NCBI GenBank assembly: GCA_000092065.1
Contig: CP000582.1
Length of the DNA stretch: 64,000 nucleotides
From: Ostreococcus lucimarinus
Taxonomy: Eukaryota
Reading direction: 5' to 3' (one strand)
Part shown: positions 19,773 to 29,341 of the stretch, piece after piece
Layout: each line of letters opens with the position of its first letter
Numbering within the stretch: the first letter of the stretch is position 1
Translations under genes and position numbers: made by a program
Notes under the pieces: model-generated
The model's input: the letters and a program-made list of their open reading frames with translations, nothing else
Told to the model about the DNA's origin: nothing
The model's database searches: none

Positions 19773-21575
19773 GACATGCTCGTCGCGCGCGCGCGCGCGA
19801 CGACGCGCGCATCGCCGCGCGCATCGCGCGCGCGCGCGTCTTCCGCACCTCGCGTCGCCCGTCGCGTGGCCGCGCGCGCGACAAAGTTGACGATGGGTCC
19901 GGTGGGACAACCTGTCCCGAATGGATACGGCGATTATTACCCCACCCCGCGCGACGATCGCCGCGCGGGCGTGATCATGCACCCCACGAGTCTGCCCGGA
20001 GCGTACGGGATCGGCGACGCGGGCCCGGAGGCGCGCGCGTTCGTGGATTGGATGGCGAAAGGAAAGATGAGTATCTGGCAGGTGCTGCCGCTCGTGCCGC
20101 CGGGACGTCCGATACCGGGCGTGCGGGAAGACTATTGGTCGCCCTACAGCGGACGCGACGCGCACTGTGGAAATACGCTCGTGATATCGCTGGATGATTT
20201 GGTCGCGGACGGGCTGCTCGAGACGAAAGATTTGCCGAAGGCGTACGGCGGAAGCGAAAACGTGGATTTCGGACGCGTCGCGGCGACGAATGAGCCGCTG
20301 ATTGCAAAGGCGGCGGAAAAGTTGCTCGCGATGGCGAGTGGTAGTGGACTAAAGGGGGAGTATGATGCGTTCTGCGCGCGCGCGGATGTGAAGGCGTGGT
20401 TAGATCCCGCCGCGACGTTCGACGCCATCGATTCGACGCCGGAACTCTTGGGTAAATATTGGTGGGATTGGCCCGCGGAATATCGCGATCGCGATCCAGG
20501 CGCGCTCGCGGCGATCGAAAGCGAAAAAGCGAGTTCGATTGAACTCTTCAAGGCGACGCAATTTCTGTTCCATGTGCAGTGGATGCGTTTGAAAAAGTAC
20601 GCCAACGATAGAGGCGTTTCTCTGGTGGGCGACATGCCTATCTACGTCGGCGGTCACAGCGCCGACGTGTGGGCGAATCAAAACTTATTCTTGCTCGGTG
20701 ACGATAAACGCCCGTCGGCGTTGGCGGGTGTACCACCCGACGCGTTCTCCGAGGACGGTCAGTTGTGGGGTAACCCGTTGTTTGATTGGGGCGAGCACGC
20801 GCGAACGGATTACGCGTGGTGGGCTCAGCGATTGAAGCGCACGCTCGAACTTCACGACGAGGTGCGCATCGATCACTTCCGCGCCTTTGCGGCGTACTGG
20901 GAAGTCGAAGCCGGCGCGCCGACGGCGAAGAGCGGTCGATGGATGGTCGGTCCGGGGGTGGATATGTTCAACAAGCTCAAGCCGGCGCTCGGCGACGCGA
21001 AAATCGTCGCGGAAGATCTCGGGGTCATCACCGCCGACGTCGTCGATTTGCGTCAAGAGTGCGGTTTCCCGGGTATGGTTGTCCTTCAGTTCGCGTGGGG
21101 TGGTAACGGGCGCAACCCGCACTTGCTGCACAACCACTACGAAAATTCATTTTGCTACCCGGGCACGCACGACAACGAAACGTCGCAAGGCTGGTACGCG
21201 CAACAGGACGAGGACACCAAGCGCCGCTTGGAGGCGTACGCCGGCATCGCCTACGGCGACGGCGCGTGGGGCATGATCAAGGCTGGGATGTCCAGCGTGA
21301 GCAAGGCGTGCGTATTCACCATGCAAGACGTCCTCGCCCTCGGCAACGAGGCGCGCATGAACACCCCCGGCGTCGCCGACGGCAACTGGTCCTGGCGCAT
21401 CGGTGAACCGGGCGTTTTCGCCACCCTCGACGCCGAGGCGCACAAGCTCGCGAGTTTAGCCACCGTCTACGATCGCGTCGCCGACCCGGACGCGCAGTCC
21501 ATGCGCGAATCCTGTCAATCCGTCGCCGGCGGCGGTCGAGGCGGCTTATTCGGTTTAGGCTTCTGGATCTTCTAG
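19773..21575 (+). CDS. DPE1: 4-alpha-glucanotransferase (disproportionating enzyme, GH77), plastidial
   Basis: GVIMHPTSLPGAYGIGDAGPEARAFVDWMAKGKMSIWQVLPLVPPG opens the GH77 domain. Further conserved blocks: VGDMPIYVGGHSADVW, RIDHFRAF, WE. The ATG at 19773 precedes a ~45 aa Ala/Arg/Ser transit-like peptide. The ORF-track upstream extension overlaps the PKG 3' end. Confidence 0.85.
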   Translation, partial: DMLVARARATTRASPRASRARASSAPRVARRVAARATKLTMGPVGQPVPNGYGDYYPTPRDDRRAGVIMHPTSLPGAYGIGDAGPEARAFVDWMAKGKMSIWQVLPLVPPGRPIPGVREDYWSPYSGRDAHCGNTLVISLDDLVADGLLETKDLPKAYGGSENVDFGRVAATNEPLIAKAAEKLLAMASGSGLKGEYDAFCARADVKAWLDPAATFDAIDSTPELLGKYWWDWPAEYRDRDPGALAAIESEKASSIELFKATQFLFHVQWMRLKKYANDRGVSLVGDMPIYVGGHSADVWANQNLFLLGDDKRPSALAGVPPDAFSEDGQLWGNPLFDWGEHARTDYAWWAQRLKRTLELHDEVRIDHFRAFAAYWEVEAGAPTAKSGRWMVGPGVDMFNKLKPALGDAKIVAEDLGVITADVVDLRQECGFPGMVVLQFAWGGNGRNPHLLHNHYENSFCYPGTHDNETSQGWYAQQDEDTKRRLEAYAGIAYGDGAWGMIKAGMSSVSKACVFTMQDVLALGNEARMNTPGVADGNWSWRIGEPGVFATLDAEAHKLASLATVYDRVADPDAQSMRESCQSVAGGGRGGLFGLGFWIF

Positions 21576-21797
21576 CCGCGCGTTCGCGACGATCACCGAC
21601 GTCCCGTCCGATCCGCGCGCGCGCGATCGACGCCCGCGCACCACCCTCTCACTTCCCATCGCGTTCTTCGCTACGTCCGTGCGGATTGAATTACAAAAAG
21701 AAACCTACGAGCCTTCGCGCGTCGTCTCGCGCGTCCCGCTCGCGTCCCTTAGGGGTATCCTCGCCGTCCCGTCTCTCGTCGTCTCTTCGCTCTTCGC

Positions 21798-22118
21798 TCA
21801 CGTCTCCTCGAGTTCGCTCTCGTCCAGGTGCGCGATGAAATCTTTCCCGCCGTTCGGGTTCGGGATCGCCACCTTGACCGCGAGCGTCGCGCTCGTCGTC
21901 GCGCCCTCGTGCGCGTCCGCGCGCGAATCGACGACGCCCGTCATGCCGATGAGATCCGTCGCCGCGCCCTTTGATTTCGGGACGTGGTACACGACGACGG
22001 ATGATTTCACGCGAACCTTCGCGCCGACGCCGAGCGCGGCGCGGGCGACGACGGCGGCGCGGGCGGGAGGGCGCGCGACGGCGCGCGCGAGGGGGGCGCG
22101 CGAGGACGACGCGAACAT
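21798..22118 (-). CDS. FTRV: Ferredoxin-thioredoxin reductase, variable subunit (chloroplast)
   Basis: VGAKVRVKSSVVVYHVPKSKGAATDLIGMTGVV...FIAHLDESELEE matches the cyanobacterial/plant FtrV core (VGDRVRVTSSVVVYHHPEHK...GMEGEV...FKAHLKEDEFE). Preceded by a transit-like peptide. ATG at 22118. Confidence 0.8.
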   Translation of the reverse strand: MFASSSRAPLARAVARPPARAAVVARAALGVGAKVRVKSSVVVYHVPKSKGAATDLIGMTGVVDSRADAHEGATTSATLAVKVAIPNPNGGKDFIAHLDESELEET

Positions 22119-22232
22119 CGCGGCGAGAGGCGCGAAGTGCGGACGAAGGGGCGAAGTCGAAAGCTACGATGCGACGGGGTGCGTGTTGAAAAGAATCGAT
22201 TCGACGAGGCGATCGGTGGGGCGACAGGACGG

Positions 22233-23394
22233 TCACGCGTCGGCGTCGTCGCGGTCGGCGCGGTCGGTGTGGTCGCGAAGCGACATCGCGAGCGCGGCGC
22301 GAAGCTCGGCGTCGTCGTCGTCCTCGGCGGTCGCCGTCGCGGCGTCGGCGATTTCGGCGCTCGGACGCTGACCCATGCTCAGCGCGAGGGCTTGTTGGAG
22401 TAAAGCGTCGTCGTCGAGCATCATGGGATCGGCGGTGGCGTCGACGGGGGAGGTGTCGGCGCTGCCGGCGCCCTCGCTCGCGGCGACGCCCTCCTCGGCG
22501 GCGGCGGGCGCGGACGCGCCGGCGGCGGCGGCGGCTTCCTGACGCGCGCGCTCTTCTTCGAGCGAAATTCGCAGCGCCATCATCAACGCTGGATCGTCTC
22601 CCATGTCTCCCATGTCTCCCATGCCCTCGAGGCCCTGCATCGCCGCCTGCGACTGCGCCGCCGCCGCCGCCGCCGCGAATCCGCTCCCCGACGCCGCTCC
22701 GTCTTGATTGAAAATCGCCGTCCCGCACAAGACATCGCTCAGATTCGCCCCCGGCTCGACGACGACCAGATTCGAGTTATTATTCTTATTCACGCTCGTC
22801 ACGAACGCGTCCAACTTCTCTCGATTCGCCTCGACGTCGCCGAACGACACCACGTCCACCGCCACGTTGCACTTGCGCAATTTTTTCCCCACCGCTCGCA
22901 GCGCCTCGATCTCATCCCTCAGCGGGCTTCCGACGAACAGCACGATCCGCATTCGCTGGTGTTTATTCTGTCTGTGTTTCAGCGCCAAGTGCGCCACCTG
23001 GACGCCGACGCAGACGTTGATCTCGCCCTCGATCTTCACCCCGTGCACCGAGTTGAGCACCGCGCCCAGGTCCTGCGTCGGCGTCGTGAGCACGCGCGGC
23101 GTCTTTCCCGCCAGCGACAGCACGCCGACCGCGTTCTCGGGGTTGCTCTGCGTCTTCGCCCCGGCGAGCAGGTTCAATGCGTCCGCCTCGGCCTGCGATC
23201 GCGCGGCGCGCGTCAGTCGTCGCGTCGCGCGCGTCGTCGGTCGTCGGTCGTCGCCGCGGTCGTTGGGCGATCTGCGCGCGAGAAAAACGTCGCGCGCGGC
23301 GCGGCGCGCGCACCTGAAGACGCGAGGGGGCGTAGTCGGAGTTGCGAACGTGTTCGCTGTTATCGAGACACAGGATCGTGGCCTCGAGGACCAT
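22233..23394 (-). CDS. RPN10: 26S proteasome regulatory subunit RPN10/PSMD4 (VWA domain + UIMs); two exons
   Basis: Exon 1 is 23394..23314: MVLEATILCLDNSEHVRNSDYAPSRLQ. Exon 2 is 23192..22233, beginning AEADALNLLAGAKTQSNPEN. Joined, this reproduces the conserved RPN10 N-terminus, including the spliced-out junction. Three UIM-like motifs: ALRISLEEE, LQQALALSM, ELRAALAMSL. Confidence 0.85.
23193..23313 (-). other. Spliceosomal intron of RPN10 (121 nt)
   Basis: Donor CAG|GTGCGCGC. Branch-like CGACTGACG about 24 nt upstream of acceptor GATCGCAG|. Reading frame and RPN10 homology are restored only when it is removed. Confidence 0.8.
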
Positions 23395-23525
23395 GACGCG
23401 CGCGCGGGGGGGGGTGTGACGCGATCGAGCGCGGAGGCGCGGCGACGCCGAGGCGAAGCGGCGAAGCGGCGCGCGGATTACAAAAGCTCGAGACGCGAGC
23501 GTGGGGCGCGCGAAGCGCTGGGTGA

Positions 23526-24530
23526 CTAGACGACGCCGACGAAATCTTCGCCCTCCCAATCGTCGTATATGGAGCGGCGCGCGAGGTCGGGAACGGGGGC
23601 GTCGCAGTCCATCGCGTCCGTCGCGTCCGTCGCGTCCGTCGCGCGCGCCGCGTCGGACGACGGCGCGAATCCCGGACGCTTGCGAGGCGTCGGGGTGACG
23701 GCGTCCCAACCGGGGCTCATGTCCGCGCGCGATGGAAGCGTGGAGCGCGTCGCGACGTCGGCGGCGCGCAGCGGCGCGAGGCGGACCACGGGAAGGCGTC
23801 GACCGTCGCGCGCGGCGGCTTCGGCTTCGGCTTTGGCGCGCGCGCGCGCCTCGGCGGCCTCGGCCAACTCTCGCGGCACGTACTCTCCGGGTTTCAGCGT
23901 CCCGTTCGGTCTCGCGAGTGGATCCACGGGCACGCGAACCATCTCCTCGTCGTCCTCCACCGGCGGATCGTACGCGTGCAACAACCGTCGCCACTTGCGC
24001 ACCGCGCCGTCGAACGCGCGTTTCGACATTCCCGCGCGAATGTTCGGCGTCCACGCATCGCTCGATCTCCTCGCGCTCTTCGCCACGAGCTCGCGATATC
24101 GCGCGTACCCGAGCGTGTTCTTCCCGTAATCGATCTGTCGCTGTCGTTGTCGCAGCTTGTGCGGATCCGTCTCCTCGCGCGTCGTCGCGTCGTCGCCCGA
24201 GCCGCGCCGCGCGTCGCCCGCCGCGGCGTTCGTCAGGTCGTACACGTCCTCGATCTCCCCGTCTTCGATCGCGCGCTTGACGTCGATTCGTTTGCGTTCG
24301 TTCGAGCGCCTCGCGCGCGCGCCCTCGCGCGATCGCGCGACGAGGCCGCGCGAGACGTCGCCGTCGCGCGTCGCTTTTCGCGCGCTCGCGGGCTTGACGA
24401 TCGCGCGCGCGGGCGCGGTGCGCTTGACGTTGGCGTCGTGCTTGCGCGCGAACGGACGGTGCGATGGCGATTCGTCGTCGCGCGCGGCGCGCGGCGCGCG
24501 CGAGGGCGACGGACGCGGACGAGGCGTCAT
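23526..24530 (-). CDS. Histone RNA hairpin-binding protein (SLBP)-like
   Basis: KLRQRQRQIDYGKNTLGYARYRELVAKSARRSSDAWTPNIRAGMSKRAFDGAVRKWRRLLHAYDPP matches the SLBP RNA-binding domain signature (RQKQI.YGKNT..Y.RY...TPNK...SRRSWD..IK.WK..LH.WDPP). The rest is low-complexity. ATG at 24530. Confidence 0.65.
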   Translation of the reverse strand: MTPRPRPSPSRAPRAARDDESPSHRPFARKHDANVKRTAPARAIVKPASARKATRDGDVSRGLVARSREGARARRSNERKRIDVKRAIEDGEIEDVYDLTNAAAGDARRGSGDDATTREETDPHKLRQRQRQIDYGKNTLGYARYRELVAKSARRSSDAWTPNIRAGMSKRAFDGAVRKWRRLLHAYDPPVEDDEEMVRVPVDPLARPNGTLKPGEYVPRELAEAAEARARAKAEAEAAARDGRRLPVVRLAPLRAADVATRSTLPSRADMSPGWDAVTPTPRKRPGFAPSSDAARATDATDATDAMDCDAPVPDLARRSIYDDWEGEDFVGVV

Positions 24531-24655
24531 GGAGTGGGGCGTCTGTCGCGACGCGATTTAAATAAAGTCGACGCGGCGGAGCTGATGTCGCGTCGGGCCG
24601 TTACAATGGCTCTACTAGGAAGCTAAGTTCGCGTTCGACAGATAAAAACGATCGA

Positions 24656-25854
24656 TTAGAAGCCGATGAACTTGGCGGCGAACACGTTGTTGTGCGCGGG
24701 ATCCGCCATGTGGGACACCAAGTTGGCCACCGGGCCGACGCCGGTGTGGTCGTATTGCACCATGATGCCGGCGAAGGCGACCATCGCGAGACGACCGTTG
24801 GCGATCTCCTTCGCCTTCAAGGTCTTCAAGTCACCCTTGGCGTAGCCGAGCGGGTCGAAGATGCCACCCGGGTAACCCACAACGCCAGCCGGGAGCTTGG
24901 CGTTGGAGAACGGCGTCGGATCTTCGCTCACCGAACCCGGCTTGCGAATGTCTTGCCATCTGCGCACTTCGGCCCAGTTCATCATGAGCATTTGCACCCA
25001 GAACAAAGTCGTGGCGTCGGTGAAGTAGCCGTCGTACGACGGGGCCTCGTGCCAGTTCGGCAAGTTGCTGATGCCCATGTTGGTGAGGATCTCCGGCGCC
25101 GCGGCGCCGGCGACGCCGAGCATCGCCCAGCGGCCGTGTTGAAGCTCGGCTTGCACGTACCACTTCAAATCCTCCGGATCCTTGCCGAGTTCGAGCGGAT
25201 CGAAGCCGTAATCACCCGGCAACTCGTTCTTCAAGTGCGCCGGCGCGGTCGCACCCGGCATCCACATCGGTTGCGTCGCGGCGCTCGCGCGCGTCTTCAA
25301 GCTTTGACGCTTTTGCGCCTTCGCCGCGCGCAAACTGCATTCGCGAAATCGCGCGTTCGTCGTCAGTCGCCCGTTCGTCGCGTTCGCGTCCCGTCCATCC
25401 CATCCCTCCCTCGCGCCGCGCGTCTCGCCGCGCCGCCTCGCCGCGCGCCGTCGCTCCCTCGCGTCGCTCGCGCGCCCGCGGCGGCGCCGCGGACGGCGTC
25501 GAGTCCGAAGCCCCGCGCGCGTCGCCGCGCGCGTCCCGCCCCGTCCCGCCGCGCCCGATCGCCGCTCGAACGTCCGCCCCCCCCGCGCCCTCGCGCGCGC
25601 TTCCGCGCCGCTCGATCGCCGCGCGCGACGCGCGAAATTCCCTCGAATCGAAATCCCCGTTCGAAGACGCGCGTCCGCGCGCGCGCGCCGCGTCCGCGCG
25701 CGCGCGAGCCCGTCGCCGTATCTCCCTCGCGCGATACGATACGATCGCGATACGACGCGCGCGATCCGTTCGCGGCGCGTCTCCGAGCGCGCGACGTCGC
25801 GTCGAGCGCGCACCTGGCGACGGCGGTGGAAGAGAATTGAACGGCGGCGGACAT
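24656..25854 (-). CDS. LHC: Chlorophyll a/b-binding light-harvesting protein (LHC, Lhcp/LHCII-like), two exons
   Basis: Exon 1 is 25854..25814: MSAAVQFSSTAVA+AG. Exon 2 is 25334..24656: (S)LRAAKAQKRQSLKTRASAATQPMWMPGATAPAHL... It contains both LHC helix motifs, ELQHGRWAMLGVAG and EIANGRLAMVAFAG, plus GDYGFDPLELGKDP and GGIFDPLGYAKGD. The spliced product is about 239 aa with a transit peptide. Confidence 0.85.
25335..25813 (-). other. Spliceosomal intron of LHC gene (479 nt)
   Basis: Donor GCCAG|GTGCGCGC. Branch-like CGACTGACG about 29 nt upstream of acceptor GAATGCAG|T. Phase-2 junction: AG+T gives Ser. Very GC-rich, low-complexity interior. Confidence 0.75.
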
Positions 25855-25963
25855 GACGACGGGTGTGCGTTTCGCGCGCGGGTGTGTCGCCGGCGCGCGA
25901 TCGGCGCGCGCGGCGATGGTTGGTGTTTATGTCACACATCGTTTGTGTGGGTTTGTAGTGACA

Positions 25964-25975
25964 GATATAATATAG
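25964..25975. promoter_or_regulatory. TATA-like element GATATAATATAG in the shared LHC / coiled-coil-gene bidirectional promoter
   Basis: It is the only AT-rich stretch in the 231 bp between the divergent ATGs at 25854(-) and 26086(+). It lies about 110 bp from each ATG. Confidence 0.35.
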
Positions 25976-26085
25976 CATGTCGGACATTCGGTATGTATTT
26001 AAGGGATTCGTAACGGTTTTATTTCACGCGCTCGATATATCCGTTCGGCGCGCCATCGCCCGCACAGCGCGACGCGGGCGGCGCG

Positions 26086-27958
26086 ATGACGCGACGCGTC
26101 GACGCGAACGCGCGCGCCGTCGACGCGCGCGAGCGCGAGTGCGGTGAACTCAGGGTGCGTCGGAAGCGCGAACGCGACGCGAGATGGCGCGGACGCGACG
26201 CGAACGCGAACGATGAATGAATTCGAGTGACCGTTCGACCGTTCGACCGTTCGCGCGACCGTCGACGCGTCGACGGCGCGCGACGGCGACGCGGAGGCGC
26301 GCGCGACGGCGCGAAACGGTGATGCGAAACGCGTCGAACGCGCGCGAGCGAGCGCGAGGCGCGAGGACGGGCGCGGGAGACGCGAGGGGACGCGAGCGCG
26401 GACGGGGGACTGACGGCGAGGCGAGACGCGCGCGCGACAGGGATTTTCGCACTCGTTGCTCGGGAAATTGGACGCCGCGAGACAGGCTGGGAGGTTCGGT
26501 GAGGCGGAGATCGCGTTGTTGAAGGAAAAGCTCGCGATCGTGGTGAGCGCGTTTCAGAGCGAGCGGGAGAAGAGGGAGAAGGAATTGGAGGCGCTCGGGA
26601 GCGCGGCGCGCGTGGAGCTGAGCGAGCGAGAGTTCGCGTTGTCGAGCGCGAGATTGGAGCTCGCGGAGGCGAGACGGTTGATAAAGATTTTGGAAGCGAG
26701 AGAGGATAGTACGAGAGATGATCTCGACGAGGCTTTGACGGCGAATGAGATTTTGAAGGCGCAGTTGCTGGACGAACACGAGTGCGCTTCGACGCTTCGA
26801 CGCGAGTGCGCGCGGTTGCGCGAGGCGCTGCGAGATGCGGGCGAGGCGTTGGCGTACGCGGCGGAAAGAGAAGAAGAACTCACGAATAAGCCGGCGGGAA
26901 TGGATGACGTGGAGGTGAGACTCGAGCGTGAGGCGCAAAACGCAAAGATTGCGCGCTTGGAAGAAAAGCTCGTCGAGACGAGGGACGAAAACAAATTGCT
27001 CAGACGAGACTTGGTGGAGCGCGACGGAGAAAACTCAGAGTTACATCGCGCGGTTGCCGAGCGCGATGGTGCGCAGCGGTTCCTCAAAACGCAACTCGCG
27101 GACTGGAATCAGCGTTTGTACGCTCGCGCCGAAGGAAGCGACTCCCAACTCGCCGGTACGACGACGAGCGCGAGCGAAGGTTCGGCGACTGAACTGCGAA
27201 CGAGGTTGGATCAAGTCGAGATCGAACTCGGTGCGAAGACTGGCGCGGTTATCGCGTTGGAGCGTCGCGTGAAAGATCAAGACAAGGCACTCGAACGCGC
27301 GCGTGCGGAGATCGAAAAGATGCGCGAGAAGCTCTTCGCGCGCGAGACGACGGATGTCCGCGCCACGGCACCGAAGCAGCGATCCAAGTACGTCGAGGAC
27401 GCCGAGAATACCGCGGCGCAGGTTATGGAGACGCTTCGCGCGACGCGCGACAGACATGCAGAGAAGCGTAGTCGCGACGCTCGCGCGGCACGACGCGTCG
27501 GTGGCCCCAAGAGCGCGCAGAGCCGACCGGCGACGAAGAAACGCGAGCGAGCGCCGCCGTCATCCGTGGTCATTGACGCGAACGCCCCGTACCAACCGCC
27601 GCGAGCGAATGACGACGAGGACGAGGACGACGATGGCGATGATGACAGCGAGTACGAAGAAATTGACGTGCCGATCAAGCGCACGACGAAGAAGGGAATG
27701 TCGAAGAAGAAGTCAATCGCGCCCGCCGCCGCCAAGGAAAATGCCGCGACGGACGCCGCGCCGGCGAACGACGGTCCGCGCATGCCTCTCGGCATGCTTC
27801 AGATGCCCAAACTAGGCGCAAAGAAAGACAAGGGCGCGGTCGACGATGTCGCGCAGAAGAAGCGCCGATTGAATCGTCAATCGGCGATTCCCGAAGCGTT
27901 GCCGTCTTTAATGTTCGGCGTCGCCGACGGCGATTTTCAAGTCGCCCCGGCAAAGTGA
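26086..27958 (+). CDS. Coiled-coil protein with basic C-terminal tail (function unknown), two exons
   Basis: The ORF-track start at 26456 is TTG. Proposed exon 1 is 26086..26154: MTRRVDANARAVDARERECGELR. Proposed exon 2 is 26441..27958. About 350 aa of heptad-rich Glu/Leu/Arg/Lys sequence, then a Lys-rich tail ending PEALPSLMFGVADGDFQVAPAK. Confidence 0.5.
26155..26440 (+). other. Putative spliceosomal intron (286 nt) of coiled-coil gene
   Basis: Donor CTCAGG|GTGCGT. ACTGAC at 26409..26414, 27 nt upstream of acceptor CGCGACAG|GG. Phase 0. No in-frame stop in exon 1. Confidence 0.5.
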
Positions 27959-28272
27959 GCCACCCGAGAATTACCCTCGTTCGCGTCCTTTGCACGATGA
28001 AACACCACACGAGCTAAATACTATCACGCATCGCTGCGTCCTACGCGTCCCTCCCGCGCCGCGTCGCCCCCTCGCCGCCGCCTTCGCCGCGTCGACTCAA
28101 ACGTCCCGCGTCTCTCGCGCCGTCCCATCGCCACCAACCGCACCAACAGCCCCCCCACGACGAGCGCGCTCACCACGCACACCCCCACCAGCGCCTCGCG
28201 CGCGCGCGCCCCCCCCCTCGCGTCGTCTTTCCACCGCCAGTCCTCGAACATGCCCGCACACCGCGCCTCGCA

Positions 28273-29307
28273 ATGGCGTCCGTCGCCCCGCGCGCGCGCG
28301 CGTCGACCGCCTCGCGCGCGCGCGCGCGCGTCGCGTCGTCCGCGTCGGCGTCGTCGACCGCGCGTCGGCGCGCGTCGCGCTCGAAACACGGCGACGCGCG
28401 CGGCGTCGACGTCAACCGACGCGCGGTCGCGGTCGCGCTCGCGGTCGCGCTCGCGACGCGCGCGGCGCCGCGCGCGCGCGCGACGGCGACGACGACGACG
28501 GATGAATTCAACGCGCTCGAGCGACGGGCGAAGCGGGCGTACTACGCGCGCGATTTGAAGCGGGCGCGCGAGGACTTGACAGCCATCATCGCGATGGAGC
28601 CCGAGACGCCCGAGTGGCGCGAGCGCCGCGCGCAGGTGCTCGTCGACATGAAATTGTTCGAAGAAGCCATCGCGGATTACGACGAGGCGGAGCGAATGTA
28701 TCGAGCGATGTACGACGACGCGACGACGACGTACAAGTCGCTCGGGATGCTGAGTAATCGCGCGTTGGCGTACGAAGGGTTGAGTCGCTGGGACGCGGCG
28801 ATCGCGGATTACTCGGAGGCGTTGAAGTACTCGTCGATGATGGGAGCGACGCCGCCGTACGTGCTGAATTCGCGTGGGAATTGTTATAACTCGATCGGGG
28901 AGTACGAGAAGGCGCTGGATGATTACTCGCGCGCGGCGGGCATTTTTCAGCAGTCTCGAAATCTTAGCGGAGCGATCTACGCGCAGAGCAACGCGGCGTT
29001 GATGCTCGCCGAACTCGGCCGAATCGACGAGGCGATAGAGGACATGGAAAAGGTTAAAAGACGAGCCGCCGGGAGCGTTGACATGCGCGCCGCGCTCGCG
29101 GCTCTCTATTGGTCGCGAGGGGAGGAGCAGCGCGCGGAGGATAATTGGAATTGGAGCTGCACGGCGATCAACAGTGGCCAAATGGTCGAAGGTGGTCCAG
29201 TGCTCGACGGCTGCGAGCTTTATCGCGATTACGATTGGCTCGGTCGCATTCGACGTTGGCCCCCGTCAATGGTGCAAAAGTTTAAAAGATTCATTGAGTT
29301 GAGTTGA
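28273..29307 (+). CDS. TPR-repeat protein, probably organelle-targeted
   Basis: ATG at 28273. Ala/Arg/Ser-rich N-terminus. Then at least 4 TPR-like units: AYYARDLKRAREDL, NRALAYEGLSRWDAAIADYSEALKY, NSRGNCYNSIGEYEKALDDYSRAAGI, AQSNAALMLAELGRIDEAIEDMEKV. Confidence 0.6.
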   Translation: MASVAPRARASTASRARARVASSASASSTARRRASRSKHGDARGVDVNRRAVAVALAVALATRAAPRARATATTTTDEFNALERRAKRAYYARDLKRAREDLTAIIAMEPETPEWRERRAQVLVDMKLFEEAIADYDEAERMYRAMYDDATTTYKSLGMLSNRALAYEGLSRWDAAIADYSEALKYSSMMGATPPYVLNSRGNCYNSIGEYEKALDDYSRAAGIFQQSRNLSGAIYAQSNAALMLAELGRIDEAIEDMEKVKRRAAGSVDMRAALAALYWSRGEEQRAEDNWNWSCTAINSGQMVEGGPVLDGCELYRDYDWLGRIRRWPPSMVQKFKRFIELS

Positions 29308-29341
29308 AAACAATGATTTAGTGATACAATAGTCGTTAGAT
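29308..29341. terminator. 34 bp AT-rich spacer between convergent stops (TPR + / dioxygenase-GT2 -)
   Basis: AAACAATGATTTAGTGATACAATAGTCGTTAGATCTAG. Confidence 0.45.
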
